Source: Eledone cirrhosa (taxonomy: Eukaryota). From it: DNA of 64,000 bases. The notes beneath the pieces were generated by a model that saw only the letters and a list, made by a program, of their open reading frames with translations, did not search any database and had not been told where the DNA came from. Of the stretch, positions 28,754 through 43,353 are shown one piece after another (position 1 is the stretch's first letter; each line of letters opens with the position of its first letter). Made by a program: the position numbers and the translations under genes. Where the stretch lies: positions 228,284,001 through 228,348,000 of the forward strand of contig OZ024743.1 in NCBI GenBank assembly GCA_964016885.1, written 5' to 3'.

Positions 28754-29782
28754 ATAGTTGAATGAGAAACTATTAAAAAATAGTAAAGAAATACAAAAAA
28801 TTATACTAAACATCAAGTAGACTAGATACATTATTCCATTGAATGTTGGCTCTTACAAGATTAATTCATTTTCTTTTGGTCTATAAATTTGTCAGAGGAG
28901 GTATATGTGTATATATATATATGTACACATACATAGGCTGGATCATTAAAACCATTTATATAAATTATTAGATCCATAGGTAAAAATGCACCACTGGGTA
29001 TGGTTGAAATTTCAATGCTTGCCATAGGCACTATTTTCCCTATTTATGCCTCTGGGTACAGCATATCTCTGCATGTCTTTAAAAATAAATAAAATTGTTA
29101 GTGCCAAGAAGGCACTAACATCAGTAAAACATTGCCCGAAAAAGTCCCATCCAGTGCCTGTAAACTAGATAACAAATCGTGATAATGTGTGTGTGTGTAT
29201 GTATACTATATATACAGAGAGAGAGAGGGAGATTAATTTATATATATATATATATAAGTCAGTAAAAAATGAGTTCACATTTTTATTTGTTAGTTTAATA
29301 TATATAATCACATTTTCACATAAAACCTAATCACAATTTTCCATATATTCAATCAAATTTTCTTTAATGCAGCCTTATTAATTTAATAAAAAAAAAAAAA
29401 GAACGTTTTGCTCTGGGTTAGAAGGTCACAAATTCTCAACATCACATACTGCATGAATCCACATCAGGAAGACATTCCTGAAAAGTATAAATCCGGACTG
29501 GCTTAGGATTACATTTTTTTATTCTAACACTGTAAATTTACACAACCATCTGTCCACTAATAAAGACAATATAACTAATTGAATTAACAAAAATGCTTTT
29601 AGATATTTGCTGTCAAAACTTTAGAGGATCTTTATTATCAAATGCTTGAAACTATCTCTATACTAATGTGTTTACTTTAAAAAATTTATATTTATTTACA
29701 AACCTATCATACTTTTATGTATGAACCTTTGCTAAGTTTTATTTCAAACTTTAGCTTAATAATTATAAATTTAGTTATATAT

Positions 29783-30100
29783 AGCTCGGAGATGAGAGAG
29801 TCACTCTAGATAGAGCAGCTACTTCTCTGAATTGAGAGATAACAGCTCTGATACTATGGACATGTGGTTAGAATGTCTCAGGAAAGAATCACTGGACAGA
29901 TATCACAGGCAAAACCAACTAGCTGGAGACCCAGGGGTAGACCTCCGAGCAAGATGGTTGGATAACATCCATGAGCATGACTGGTCTTGCTTGGAGATCC
30001 AGCTGGATCAGTTGGAGATGGGTGCTTCTGATAGGACCCGCTGGAAGGAATGTTTGAGGATTCTGCCCTCACGACCCTCTCAGGAATAAGTGGGCAAAGA
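29783..30100 (+). mobile_element. Decayed RTE (Expander/Rex3-like) ORF C-terminus
   Basis: Frames give IER*QL*YYGHVVRM...RPRGRP then ARWLDNIHEHDWSCLEI...WKECLRILPSRP, like the Expander/Rex3 ending (RWLGH...RPRGRPRTRW...LLPPRP). Confidence 0.75.
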
Positions 30101-30758
30101 AGTTATATTACTATATCTTTCCAAATTCTTGATTATTTTCAAAATTATTTGAAAATCATAGGCATTAGAATCATTAGAATTATGGTAAAAAAAATGATTA
30201 AAGTGTTTATACATAACCTAATATAGACTGTAAAGTGATTAGCATTAGGAAAGGTATCCAACTGGACAAGACATACTAAAATGGAAAATAAGAGTAAGAT
30301 GTGGTCATCTGATATGTCAAGTCTTAAAATGTGACAACCCATGTAACTCATGCAAGCCTGGAAAATAGGTGTAAAATTGTAATGAGGATGATATGTTGTT
30401 GCTCTTCTGAGGAGCTGTCATGCTGCAAATCCATGTTATTAATATTGACAAGGGTAATAAACCACAAGCATTTTAATCCATTTAATATCAATCCAGTATA
30501 AGCCAGCTCCGATTCTATGAAACAAAACCCCTCATTTTAAAGAATTTCTATTTAACTTAAAATCCTCCAATATAATTTGATACAAGGAAGTAATGAAATA
30601 AGGGTCATAATTCTAGTACCCTGATAAAATGCACCCAGTCCACACTGTATAGTGGTTGGCACTGAGAAGGACATCCAGTTGTTGAAATCATGTTGAAATG
30701 GAAAATAAGAGCAAGGCAAAGTAATCTTATCTGTTTAGTCTCAGATCCAACCTATTGA

Positions 30759-30801
<43 letters not shown>

Positions 30802-31534
30802 GGGAACCAAAACATAAAATCATAAGACTAAAAACTATATTGGAAATTTAATTCTTAATTAGAATTGGTTGGAAATGGAGGTGTAGCAGCAAGAAAAGAA
30901 AAAGAAATATCCATATAATTTTTTTAGATATTGTAAATTTGTTAGAATACACGACTGACATTTTATTCTCATGGATTTCTGTCATTCTGTTTTTGTTTTA
31001 TTTTTTTCTATGGAGTACACAAGAAAGTGTATAAAGTTGTGTTGGGTCCTATGTAAATCTATACACCACCATGCATCAAAATGAATTCCTTATATTTTTA
31101 CTGGCTGCCTTTCTGCTGACAATCAAGCATAAATGACAATGTATGTCATTTTGACTGCATACAAAAGGGTAAAAGCTCACAGACTGGGTAGTTAATCCTG
31201 GTTCTAATTGACAGTGTTGGTCATTATGAATCCCTGACCTTTAAACTTAACTTTTAAGCACTTGACCTGTACTCCTGCTTACAAAAGTGACACTAAAACT
31301 GGCTATTGAATTTTCCATCTAATGGGGTGTTTTCACTAAAACACAGGGGAAAATTCTGCTGCCTTCTTCTCCCTCAGAGACAAGAAAACATACACAAAGC
31401 GACACACAAATGGGAATGCACGTGTACTATGTGTGTACATACACATCTATTGATATAGATATGCTTGTGTGCTCACCTTTACATATACAGCATCATACAT
31501 TCATGAACATTGATACATACATGCACTAATCTGT

Positions 31535-31573
<39 letters not shown>

Positions 31574-32423
31574 CACACACACACTGACATGTATACACAG
31601 GGTACGCTTAGCTATAAATATGGATACACGCATATACACACACTTGCATATTTCTCTGTCGTACTTGTCTGGCAATTGATTGATCTGAGACCATGTGTTA
31701 AAACTAAAGCAATTATATGTGGAAGAGTCATTTTAGCCATTTGAAAACACAAACACTAAAAACTTTACTGCGCATGGTATCAACATTTCTGTCACACTGT
31801 CTCACTGCAATGGAACTCTGACAGTGACCAGGTTGCAAAGAGTGTAATGAAAATTTTGATACAAGAAATAAATAATAAATATAAAGTCAAGTTAACAATT
31901 TCTATCCATCCATTTATTGACATACACACAAATACACACACACATGATCATCATCATCATCATTTTACGTCCGCTTTTCCCTGCTTACAAGGGTGGGAGG
32001 GGTCCTATTCAGCACAGCATGTCTCCACTTGTCACGGTCCTTTGTCATCATACAGATACATATATAAAATATGGTTCAATTCCTGTAGAATGTGTGTGAG
32101 TATTGACAGAATTAGATAACCACTTGCAGATTTTCTACTTCTTTTACTTAACAAAGTATTTTTTGTGGACAACCAGTAGTCCCCAATGTGTGCCATTCTC
32201 CCCTCCCACCCCCCTTCATGCTACAAATGTCTAAAAAAATACACATACCGATACAGCTTTGCACCAGTGCAACTCATTCTTTCTGGATGAGTGGACTGGA
32301 GCAATATGAAATAAAGTGTATTGCTCAAGAATACAACAATTAGCTAATTTGCAAATCAAACTGACAACATTGTGACTGTGAATACCTCAGACACTAAGAC
32401 ACACACACATATGTATATATATG

Positions 32424-32575
32424 TTGTTGGTGTTAGGAAGGGTATCCAGCTGTAAAATCCCAGGCAAAAGTTACAGTCATGACCAGACTTATCTCTTGAC
32501 ACGGATGACCCATCTGACCTATGCAAGCATGGAAAATGGACGTCAAACAGTGATGATGATGATGATGATAATGAT
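32424..32575 (+). mobile_element. RTE 3' tail fragment
   Basis: GTTGGTGTTAGGAAGGG...CTATGCAAGCATGGAAAATGGACGTC-(GAT)n; further diverged stubs at 30225-30390 and 30625-30750. Confidence 0.75.
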
Positions 32576-35139
32576 ATATGAGGGAGAAGGAGCAGCTGCA
32601 GAGACATTGGAGTTACTTACCCCTGTCTCTAGTTAAGATTTGAAACATGTCAGAAATTAGATGCAAATAACCATAGATTTTCCTTGGCATACTTAAATAA
32701 GTCCAGACCATAAAATCTCATAAATCCAATCCCACCACAACCTCCATCACCCCCTAGTCTCACATGTTAAGGGGATGTTGAATAGCAACCCAGCACTTAT
32801 ATTTTATATATTGCCCTGTGAAATGGTATGTTTTGGTGCACACCTATCGATCAAAAAACACTGGCCTCATCTGAAGGAACAAATCTACCTGTGAATGTTT
32901 TGAAGAAAAGAGAAAGCCAGGTAATTTGCTTTTCTTTTTCTTCTACCTTTGTCTCTATAAAATATATAATTCTGTTTAAATAATAGATATTCTTAAGGTG
33001 AACTAGAAGGACACCTGTGATTACATGCTATTTTCTCTACCCACTGCAAATTCAGAATTAGAGAATATATGTATATATACACACACACATGTATATATAA
33101 ATATATACACACATACACGTACACACACATACACATATATATATATATATAAACACATACAGACAAATATATACATGCATTTATGTACATATATTCACAC
33201 ACACACACACACTATATATATATAAACAAAGAAAAAAGTTTAGTTTATAAATTAATCAAATATGTTTTATTCACTCCCCTTTTCATTGGTATACTCAGAT
33301 TTACAACCCCAGCATAATGACATACAATTATTTTCTGAGAACCTTGAAGAGTAGGAGGTGTAGACAGTAAGCATGCAGAGAATAGAGTGGAAGGAATTAG
33401 TTGAATGTAATCCATTGGATATGTAATGTGACCACAAAAGACAGATTTAAAACAATATAGCTGAGTATCTTAGATGTAAAGCAAATAATATTGGCAGAGC
33501 CAGTGTCTGGTTATTTAGTATTCTAGGCTAGTACTAGAATGGACTCGCCATTCTCCCAATAAAATAATTGGTAAGCTAAGAAACAAAATTTTTGAAAATT
33601 ACTAAGCTTTCATTTTCCATTACACACCCATACTAAATCATATGACAATTATGCCACAAAACTCACTCTGCTGTTTTGGATAATTTCACAATACAGCATA
33701 TAATGATTTCTTTATTGATCACAGGATATTATTATATACTTCCTTTATGGTCTGAGTTCAAATCCTGCCAAGGTTAACTTTGCCTTTCATCCTTACGGGG
33801 TCAATAAAATAAAGTACCAGTGATGTACTGGGTAATTGCTGGCCTTGTGCCAAAAGTAGAAACAATTATCATATACTTAATTATAAAAATTTGTATACAA
33901 CTGTGATTGTTTAAGATTTAGTAATATGCCTTTCTGAGGTATGTACTCTAGGTGGCTACCTAATAGATCTACTAGTAGTACTGCCCCTGATTACTGGAGC
34001 TTTTAAACAAAATGTATGTCTCTGTTGTGTTAAGTGCAAGTTGTTGATGAGCTGCTTTTACAAAAAAAAAAAGTCTATGAAAGTACTTTTAAATGTTAGG
34101 TCTAACACTGCCCAGTTTAACACTGCTATCATACCCTTGAGGACCTTTAGCAGAGTTCATTCTGTTGCGACCATTAGAATAAAACACTCAGGTCTTTTCT
34201 AGTCCATAATATTTTCTATAGACATTAAGTTCTAAATGTTAAGACTGGCCATCAGCTATATCAGTCTCACCAGTCTGAGAGGGCCAAAGTCATAAGCACT
34301 GTCACCCCTCTTATAACTTACCTATAAACCATTGTTTTCAGAGACCCAGGTGACATTACTCCCCATGCATTCCCAGGTGTCCTCAATTTCTCCTCATTTG
34401 GAATTGATATCTAGAAATATTTTACCCTAGCACCGTATTAACATAAGCAAGCTTTGCAAAGCTCAATAATTGTATAGTCTCAAATGGGATCAAATCTGAA
34501 GAAGCAGCTTTTTATAAAGTGATAAAATTGGATATATTGATATTTCAATTGATGTACATACAATGTAGACTAATATTTCCCATTCTGGATTCCTCTTTAA
34601 TTTCTCCCTTGGTTAAAATTCCTTTCCGGGAGCCAAGAATCCCTATTAAGATATTTCTTCTAATCAGAAAACAATATCACACTATATTTTTGTCTACATT
34701 ATTTTATTATTTTAATATCATGTGTATTTTTCCAGTAAATTGTTATGGCCAGGAGACACTGAATTTGTTTTCGCCATCAACATATTAATTCTTTCTTGTA
34801 TTTTTTATTATTGAATTTTTATTTGTTAGCCTTGGCTAGAAATAGTATTTGAAAATAAAGAAAATAGATATAAAAAAATAAATGTTATTCTTGCTACTAT
34901 CAAATTCCAACATTCCTCATCAATTTGCATAAAATCATGTTAATTTGGATGTAACCATGCATAGAATATGAGCAAATTTAAAATTCTGATTTATAAAATA
35001 CGTTTATAGAATAGACAGAAAAAAAAAAAAATTAAATCATTAGATATTTCTCAACGAAGAAATATGTTAGCAGCATTATTATATTTGGCTGTTTTGTGGG
35101 TAAATTAGCGTTTTAGACAAAATTTTCAAACAAATTTAT

Positions 35140-35510
35140 GCAAGCATGTCTGTGTGGTTAAGGAGTTTTCTTTGCTGCCGTGTGGTTCTGGGTTTTGTCT
35201 CACTATGGTATCTCTGTTATATATTTATATATATATATATCAGTCTACCAAATTTCACTCATAAGAGTTGGCCAACAGAGGGCTTATTTATAGTAGAAGA
35301 CACTTGCCCAAGATACCACATGTGTGCTTGTATCTATGTTTTGATCTTTCTATGTTTATGTGTCCTGTAACTTAGCAGTTCAACAGAAAAAGTATCAATA
35401 AAATAAGTACCAGACTTTAAAAAGGAAAAAGTACTGGAGTCAATATAATCTAACTAAAGCAAGGAGGTGCTCCAGCATGGCCAAAGTCTAATGACTGAAA
35501 CCAGTAAAAA
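35140..35510 (+). mobile_element. Rearranged tRNA-SINE (family D) with an internal inverted segment (35241-35320)
   Basis: Head GCATGTCTGTGTGGTTAAG...GGTTCTGGGTT, tail GGTGCTCCAGCATGGCC...TGACTGAAACCAGTAAAA. Related pieces at 1950-2050, 13472-13535, 27140-27280 and 41810-41952. Confidence 0.55.
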
Positions 35511-38500
35511 AATAATACAATAAAAGTAAACAAGTACACCATACACACATGTCTACAAACATAGATAACTGCTACAATGTCACCCACTCAACATGCAAGA
35601 AGCCATATCCCAATCTTAAAGAATTGAATTGGATTGCATAATGTAGTGTGATAAAAGAAAAACACTTCCCCCCTAATAAACACTATATAGTCATGATTGG
35701 AGTTCCTTTGATTTAAGGCCAACCCATCCAAAGCTGAACTGAGGTTAAACAACCCTAACTCAAACACAAATATACAAACACACACACACAGGCATAGACA
35801 AATGCTCAAACTCACCAAAATCTTTATGAACATTTTATCCACCAATGAAAAACAAACGATTTGAACAAAAACTATAAGGGTAAATACACACATACACCCC
35901 CACACACAAATGCATACATGTAAATGTTTATATTTACTATTTATTTCAATTTTGTAATTTAGGGGTTTAGCAAACAGAGATCTACAAAATCAGTACCAAT
36001 ACTGTGGTAGATATGACTCGAAGGCAGTACCTCAGGATGATGATAGTCTAATGACCGAACACACACATATAATATACATATATATGTATTAAATATGTGT
36101 ATAATATAATTACATGGATTTTTTTTAAACCTGAACAATCCCTCATATATATATATATTATATATATTTATATTATATAAATATTATATGAATATACTAG
36201 GAATGCTAATGCTGAGAAATATGTGAAAAAAAAAATCGATGGTAAAATCGGTACGGTATAAATTGGAGGTCAATATTTCGCTGATTTTCACCAAGTTCAA
36301 ATTCTACATAAATAAGGTGCTAAAATATCTGGAGTGATTATTTTACAATGAAATACTGTTTTTCTACATTTGCTACATCGTCGTTGGTGTTATTTATGCA
36401 TTCCGTTGAAAATATTTCCAACAAAGTTTTTAATACATAAATATCCCTTACAAATATATGCATGCAGATGCACACATATGCATGCACATGTGCAGATTTG
36501 CACACATACATACATACACGTTTTTCTTAGACTTGATACTTTTTTTTTCCAATCTTACATAAGATTGAGATCTTACTTCTGATTTCTGTTTTATTGCTCT
36601 TGCTCTCTCTTCCTCTCTCTTTTTCTCACCCTGCCTGTCCTTTCTATAGTTTGCTGTTTCTGCCTACCTATTCTATTCTATATATCCCTATACAAAGTTC
36701 TTTAAATCATTCTTTTGCTTTCAAAATCCTCCTAGCATGTGAGTGGCCGGAAGTAATAAAATATTTCAGAAAATTAAAGAAACTTTATAAAACAGATGAA
36801 ACATAATGAAGTTGTGAAACAAAAACTAAACTCTAAATGACATAAAACATTCTAAACATCAAAATGTTAAAACTTCATAAGTATATTTTATACTTAGGAG
36901 AATTTCAAAAACCACACCATCTAAACATAATGTGTTGATATGCTGCCTTTTTTTTAATATATACTTAAGTTTTTATTACAATATTGCTGATCAAAAACTT
37001 TGAAGGATTTAGTAGTATAACCAACTTCTTTATTATTTAGCGGGTGTTAATAACATAATATAGCATAAATGTTCTTAAGAAAATTATGATGGAAGGTTTC
37101 TAGATAAGCATAAACACTTTGAAATATACAGGTTTGTATCATCAATCAAGGAGCAGTTTTTGGCAGTTTAGTATAAAAAAGAGTTAATGTGAAAATTAGT
37201 TATATTACTAAATCCCTCCAAATTCATTCTCAGTTTAAATGGTTTGGAAGCCATAAGTATAATAGTCTTTCGTTGGAACAAAAGTATCATTTAATTGATG
37301 ATGATGACAATAGCTCTAAAGTTACCACTAGTTGATGATGATGATGGTCCAGCAGTCTAGAAGTTATTTGGAGTACTATTAACATAACATCTACTGACTG
37401 GTTGCTTTAATTGAATGTTTACAAGTGAAAAACTGACTCACCACTAGTGGGTGATAAAGGTGAGGTGAAACAATCACAAACAGACAGGCAGACCAAAAAA
37501 CATCTTTCCTCCACAAAATGTGTGGTAAAGGAATTCACAGTTATGCAGAGTTAATAAGTACTTGGAACAGGTTGTTGCTGGAGTTGAGAAAGAAAGTGCA
37601 GTCAAGCATGATTCCTTTGTGAATACCTGGATTCTATTTATAAGCATATAAAAACACTTACACACACATATATCGGGAGAGAGAGAGAGATATACACACA
37701 TATATACATAGATATGTACACATAAGCACACACACACACATATATATTAGGCACCTAATGCATTTGTAAGTTTGTTTGTATGTATGTTAACACATACTAA
37801 ACACTACCCTTACGTTAGTATTCACAAAGTTGAATTATGTAGTGAACATTGTGATTGTTGTTATTAATACAATTAATGCTTTCTGTATATTTATTTTTTA
37901 TTAATAACAACTTTTATCAAAAAGCCAGAATTGCTTTCTTCCTCTCATTCCACCCACTTTTCCATTTCCCCGCCCGCACTTTATCAAAATGAATCATTAT
38001 CAACATCACCACTGTGAAATGTATTTTCTTTTATAAAGATAATGTTTTTCTTGATGCCAATTTTAAGGAACATTATTATAATTGAACCTCTGGCTGTTCT
38101 GAGTAAATGCACATACACATGTGGTGTAAAAATGTTTTGAAACAATCAAATATCTACTTCTTCATACCATCCTGGCCAAAACTGGCTATGAATCTATGAA
38201 ACAAAACAACCAACTTTAAAGGGTTCCTATTTAAATTAAAATCTTGCTGCCTAATTTTATATAAGAACCATATGTTAAGATACTATCATAGTAAATACCT
38301 CAAAATTTTTCATTAATTAATTGTAATAGTTTATTTCATTAGAAATACACTCACAGCAGGATTAAATATCTTTTAGATAAATATATCGAAAATATTTGCT
38401 AGTTTTAATAGACAAGGTGTGTTCATGATGTATCTTTGGACATAATAAAACAATTTTGTACATTTCACAAGTAGTAGGAAGCCACAGAAAAGAAAGACTA

Positions 38501-39353
38501 AGAAAGGCCTTGGCAGAGGTGGGGAAACTTAACTTCTGGATGCTGTACCTCACTAATAGATGACAACGAAACAAGTGGAGATGATGTATTGGAGAGGACT
38601 CATCTAATCTATGCAAGCATGGAAAAACAGGCATAAAATGGGAAACTAAAATTATGAAAAGATTTTTATATTATTGTACAATATGTAGAACTGAGGAAAA
38701 TGTTAACAATTAACTGGGAAACCAATTAGAAGCAGAATAATCAATATGGTAAATTTATTTAAAATAAACAGTGAAATATAGTCAATATTTGAAGCATCCC
38801 TCTTTAGTCTCTTATTAATGATTGATTGTGTTGTTCTCTTCAATTCATTAATATCAATGTATTTACAGTATCTGAATGTTACTACATTTCTCAATAGTAG
38901 TTTCCAGCTGACCAACGTTATGAAGCCCTTTGTTACTCTCTGAATATCTGGACTGCCATTTTCCACCCCTAAATTGGGAAAAGAGTATCATGCCTGCACC
39001 AAGTTATCATTTGATGTTATCCATGGCAATGCTTTCAGCATCTTGTTGACAAAATGTAGCTGAGATACACGATCCAGCCAAGGAATTAACTCTGAATGTT
39101 CTATACCCCAGGAAAATCTATTTGCTTGACTATCTGACACTATGGTTGCCTCACACAAAAACGTCAAGTCTTTGCTCTAAAATTCAAAATTTTCCTGATC
39201 TGTTCACTAGTAAAGTTACTATTATTTGAATAAACAAACTCATTTCCATATTTTTTCTGCTAAATGCTGACAGTAAAGAGAATCCTAAATAAAGAGGAGA
39301 AAACCAGAATAGATATAAATTAATTCCTCTCAAAATAAAACTTTTCCAATACC

Positions 39354-40992
39354 TAAACCCTTTTGATACCAAATTACCTTCAACCAGCACTGCTTCTATG
39401 ATACAAAGCTGCTTCATCATCATCATCATCATCATCACTGTTTTACGTCCGTTCTTCCATGGTAGCATGGGTTAGACGAGTTGTCCTGTTGTGGGCAGTG
39501 TCTTGTCGGCTGACCTTGTCTTACTCATACGAGAACTGATTCTGGCTTGATTTCTACAGCTGGATGTCCTTCCTAACACCAACCTCATTTACAGTGAGTG
39601 CTGGGTACTTTTTTTCCGTGGTGCCTACACGTCCACTTTACAGTGTGGGCTGAGGTCTTTTCTGCCGTGGTACCTCCACGACCACTTTGCAGTGGGAGGG
39701 GGTGGAGACATATTGTCTATATGCTTCAGCTTCGGCTTGTACCTGTGGGAAGTCAGGTCTTCTGTATTACTGCGTGACACCAGAGGTCATGGTCATGTGT
39801 CATCACCTTTGAGAGGTGCAATTGGGCAAGGTCAGCTTTTATCACCTCATCCCAGGTCTTCTTGGGTCTCCCCACTCCGCGGCTTCCATCAACTTCTAGT
39901 GTTCTGCACCTTTTTATGCAGCTGTCATCCTTCATACGCATCACATGTCCATACCAATGCAACCGCCTCTCATGCACACAACATTTGATTCCTCTTATGC
40001 TCAGTCTCTCTCTCTCAATTCATTTATGCTTTGCTGTTCATGTATATTACTATTACACATCCATCGGAGCTTGCAAGCTTCGTTTCTTTCTAATCTATGC
40101 AAGTCTTCTACAGACAGCGCCCAGGTCTCACTACCATGTAACATTGCTGTTCATATACATGCATCATACAGTCTGCCTTTCATTTTGAGGGAAAAGCCTT
40201 TTGCAGCTAGCAGTGGCAGTAGCCCTGAACTTCTTCCATCCCGTTCTTACCTGAGTTATTGTACTTTCCGAACACCCACCTCCGCTGCTAATTCGGCCAT
40301 CTAGTTAGCAGAAGCTGTCTACTGTTTCTACAGAGACCTCCCAGAGTTTGGTGGTGCTTGTTTCCTATGGCCGTTTCCTGCTTGCTGTCCCAGCGCAGTT
40401 GCTACATGTGAAGCCTTCATTCTTAGTTAAGCTTCCTGAGATCCCACTACATCTCTTATGTACTCAATTTTTGCATTTGGGGCAGAGGATGGAGTTCTTA
40501 CCTACACCATTCCTACATACTGAGCAAGGCCATTTCCCTGAGGGGATCTGGGTTGTGTTTTCTCGTCTACTTACGAGGACCTTAGTCTTTGTCAGGTTGA
40601 CTTTGAGACCCTTTCTTTCTAGTCCCTGTTTCCATGTTTGAAATTTCTTCTCTATTTCCATCATAGATTCGGATATAAATGTGAGATCATCTGCATATAG
40701 GAGTTCCCATGGGCATCCGGTCTTAAACTCCTTCATTATTGCCTGCAATACTATAATGAACAGGAGAGGACACCGACTTGTATGCTAAATTCCTCGCTAT
40801 AATCCTTGCTATTTTAGAATATTTTAGAATATTTTTATTCATTTTACATCATAATTATATGCCAGAAACACTAGCATAATAATGAAAATGCTAGTTTTAT
40901 TACTAAATACCTCTGAATTCTTTATTACTTTAAAATGATTTGAAAATTATAGGCAGTGACTTCCATTAGAAATATTGTAACAAAAGGGTTAA
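39354..40992. mobile_element. piggyBac-type MITE interrupted by an RTE insertion
   Basis: Left end TAAACCCTTTTGATACC (39354), right end GTAACAAAAGGGTTAA (40992); flanks join into a ~250-bp unit like 17090-17334. Confidence 0.65.
39414..40805 (-). mobile_element. 5'-truncated RTE-clade LINE (RT pseudogene plus 3' UTR)
   Basis: EEFSIQVGV..PLLFIIVLQA, GCPWELLYADDL, GLKVNLTKTKVLV, Cys-rich insert, RRLHWYGHVMRM, GRPKKTW; stops and frameshifts; (GAT)n tail. Confidence 0.93.
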
Positions 40993-42054
40993 TACTCTAG
41001 TTGGTCCATCCATTACAGTATTTTTCTTGTCTCAATCTCTTTAGCTGTTTCTCAGAGTCATTATATGCAGTGATTGCCAATACATCAATTTGATTTAACA
41101 AATCTAATTAGTTAGTTCTGAAAGGAACTTAATTTTATTTTTAATATTCTAAAGGAAAAAGAATTAAAAGAAAATTTCAAATTTTTTTTAATTGATTGAG
41201 TCAAAAGTTTATGTTGATATTTTTTTCAAACATTAAAAAAAAATTAATCAAAATTTGCTCTTAATATTTTTGAACATTCCTAATTAGATAATTTTTAATT
41301 TTAATTTTGATAAGTTCATATGAATAAATATTAATACACAGTTTACAACATGTTTAGTTTCAAAACTTTTTCTTTCACAGAATATCACATCTTTCTTCAA
41401 TATTTTGTCTGTGCAAATTATGCTATGAAATAAATGTTTACTCATTTAAATCAGTCTTAATTTTACACATAATGAATTACTTTGTTAATATTGTTTGAAA
41501 ATTGCATTAAAATGTTCATAAAATCTAGAAAAAATTTCTTTTAGAAAAGAACTGGCTATTAAATATGATTTAAATGATTGGATGCCAAGGACATGACACA
41601 GTTTTTATTTGTAATTGAAACTGTTTTACTTCGTTTATACTGCTGGGATGTACCTATATATATTCTAGTTGTTCAATCAAATGAACAATCTGCTCATCAT
41701 ATTAATATGTAAGTGGCTGAGCATTCTACAAACATGTGTACCCTTAACATAATTTTCAGCATGACACAGAGTGAATTAAAAGTACAGTTTATCTGATGAG
41801 TTTCCAAACAGCTTCCATGAGTCCAGTTTCACTCAGAAGTTTGGGTTGACTTGAGGTTATGTTAAATAACACTTGCTCCAGATGAAATGCAATGGGATTA
41901 AACTGGCAACCTTATGATTGTGAAGTGAACTTCTAAACTAAGTGACCATGCTAGTGTATATATATATAAAACATGAACACCACACAATCTCATTTTTACT
42001 TAACCTTTTGATTACAAACAAACTTCCGAAATCCCGTTGGGATTGATGAAACAT

Positions 42055-42091
42055 TGTCCTGATGACAGCCAGAGCTAGAATTGCATTGACA
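42055..42091 (+). ncRNA. Minimal type I hammerhead motif (degenerate), first of a pair
   Basis: TGTC-CTGATGA-CAGC(CAGA)GCTA-GAAT-TGCA-TT-GACA: stem I TGTC/GACA and palindromic TGCA loop; GAAA mutated to GAAT. Confidence 0.55.
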
Positions 42092-42236
42092 GTTATCTCT
42101 GGTTACTTCTGCTGGAATCTGCTAGATTGCTCTAGCTATCAGCTTGTCTATATTCATAGTTAGAAGGCTTTCCAAAAGTAAACATATCTTATATGATTAG
42201 ATATACAAAGTTCACATATATGTATACAACTATGCA

Positions 42237-42856
42237 CTCGAGAGAAGACTACGTTGGTATGGTCACGTGATGCGCATGAAAGACGACAGCTGTATAAAAA
42301 AGTGCAGGGCAATAAAAATAGAGGGTAGCCACGGAGTAGGCAGACCCAGAAAAACCTGGGACGACTTGATAAATTCCGACCTTACACCCTTACACCTTTC
42401 CAAGACAATGTCACTGGACCGAGATCTTTGGCGCTACACAGTATTGGAGAAGACCCGCCTTACCTAAGTACAAAGTGAAACCTACTACAGTCAGTAGGCA
42501 TCTCTAACAAAATACACCCCCGTCCCACTACCCCCCCCCCCCATCCACACCACTCTTTCAATGTAAAGTTATGTTGGTACCACAACATCCAGGCCGAAAC
42601 AAATGAGGTCGTGTAGGTGTCACAACAAAAAAACACACAGTCCACGCTGTAATGTGGCCATGTAGGTAACACGTTAAAAACCTCCCAGTTCCACACTGTA
42701 AACGTGGTTGGTGTTAGGAAGGGCATCCAGCCGTAGAAAACCCGCCAGACAGTCCTATGCGAGCAAGACAACCACACTTGCCTCAAGTGGGAAAACTCCC
42801 GTCCAAACCCATGCAAGCGTGGAATATGGACGTTAAACGATGATGATGATGATGAT
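42237..42856 (+). mobile_element. 5'-truncated RTE LINE (C-terminus plus 3' UTR)
   Basis: ERRLRWYGHVMRMKDDSCIKKC...GRPRKTW; closely similar to 45101-45733. Confidence 0.92.
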
Positions 42857-42939
42857 ACATATATGCGAGTAATATATATGTAATTAAAATTTATATATTT
42901 TTGCCTGTTTCAACTTCCAGCTGAGAGCAGGGGAAGCAT

Positions 42940-42971
42940 TGTCCTGATGAAGGTCAGAGTTAGAAATGTAT
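42940..42971 (+). ncRNA. Second minimal hammerhead motif of the same family
   Basis: TGTC-CTGATGA-AGGTCAGAGTTA-GAAA-TGTA-T, preceded by the same AACTTCC...CATTG context as the 42055 copy. Confidence 0.5.
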
Positions 42972-42976
42972 ATCTG

Positions 42977-43029
<53 letters not shown>

Positions 43030-43108
43030 AAATATATGCATTTCTAGCTGGAATTTGAAACAGGCAAAAATCTATACATTTTAATTACATATATATTACT
43101 CACATATA

Positions 43109-43353
43109 TGTAGGTGTCACGACAAAAAAACACACAGTCCACGCTGTAATGTGGCCATGTAGGCAACACAGTAAACACCTCCCAGTTCCACACTGTAAAC
43201 GTGGTTGGTGTTAGGAAGGGCATCCAGCCGTTGAAAACCCGCCAGACAGTCCTATGCGAGCAAGACAACCACTCTTGCCTCAAGTGGGAAAACTCCCGTC
43301 CAAACCCATGCAAGCGTGGAACATGGACGTTAAACGATGATGATGATGATGAT
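43109..43353 (+). mobile_element. RTE 3' UTR copy
   Basis: Near-identical to 42611-42856. A tail of the 39414-type subfamily follows at 43481-43610. Confidence 0.9.

Noticed and set aside
32825-32872. Possible decayed hammerhead on the minus strand (also ~11815-11852)
   Set aside because: Both core boxes are mutated; too degenerate to support.
38703-39180. Non-repetitive minus-strand ORF-like stretch
   Set aside because: Interrupted by stops, with no recognisable motif or convincing splice signals.
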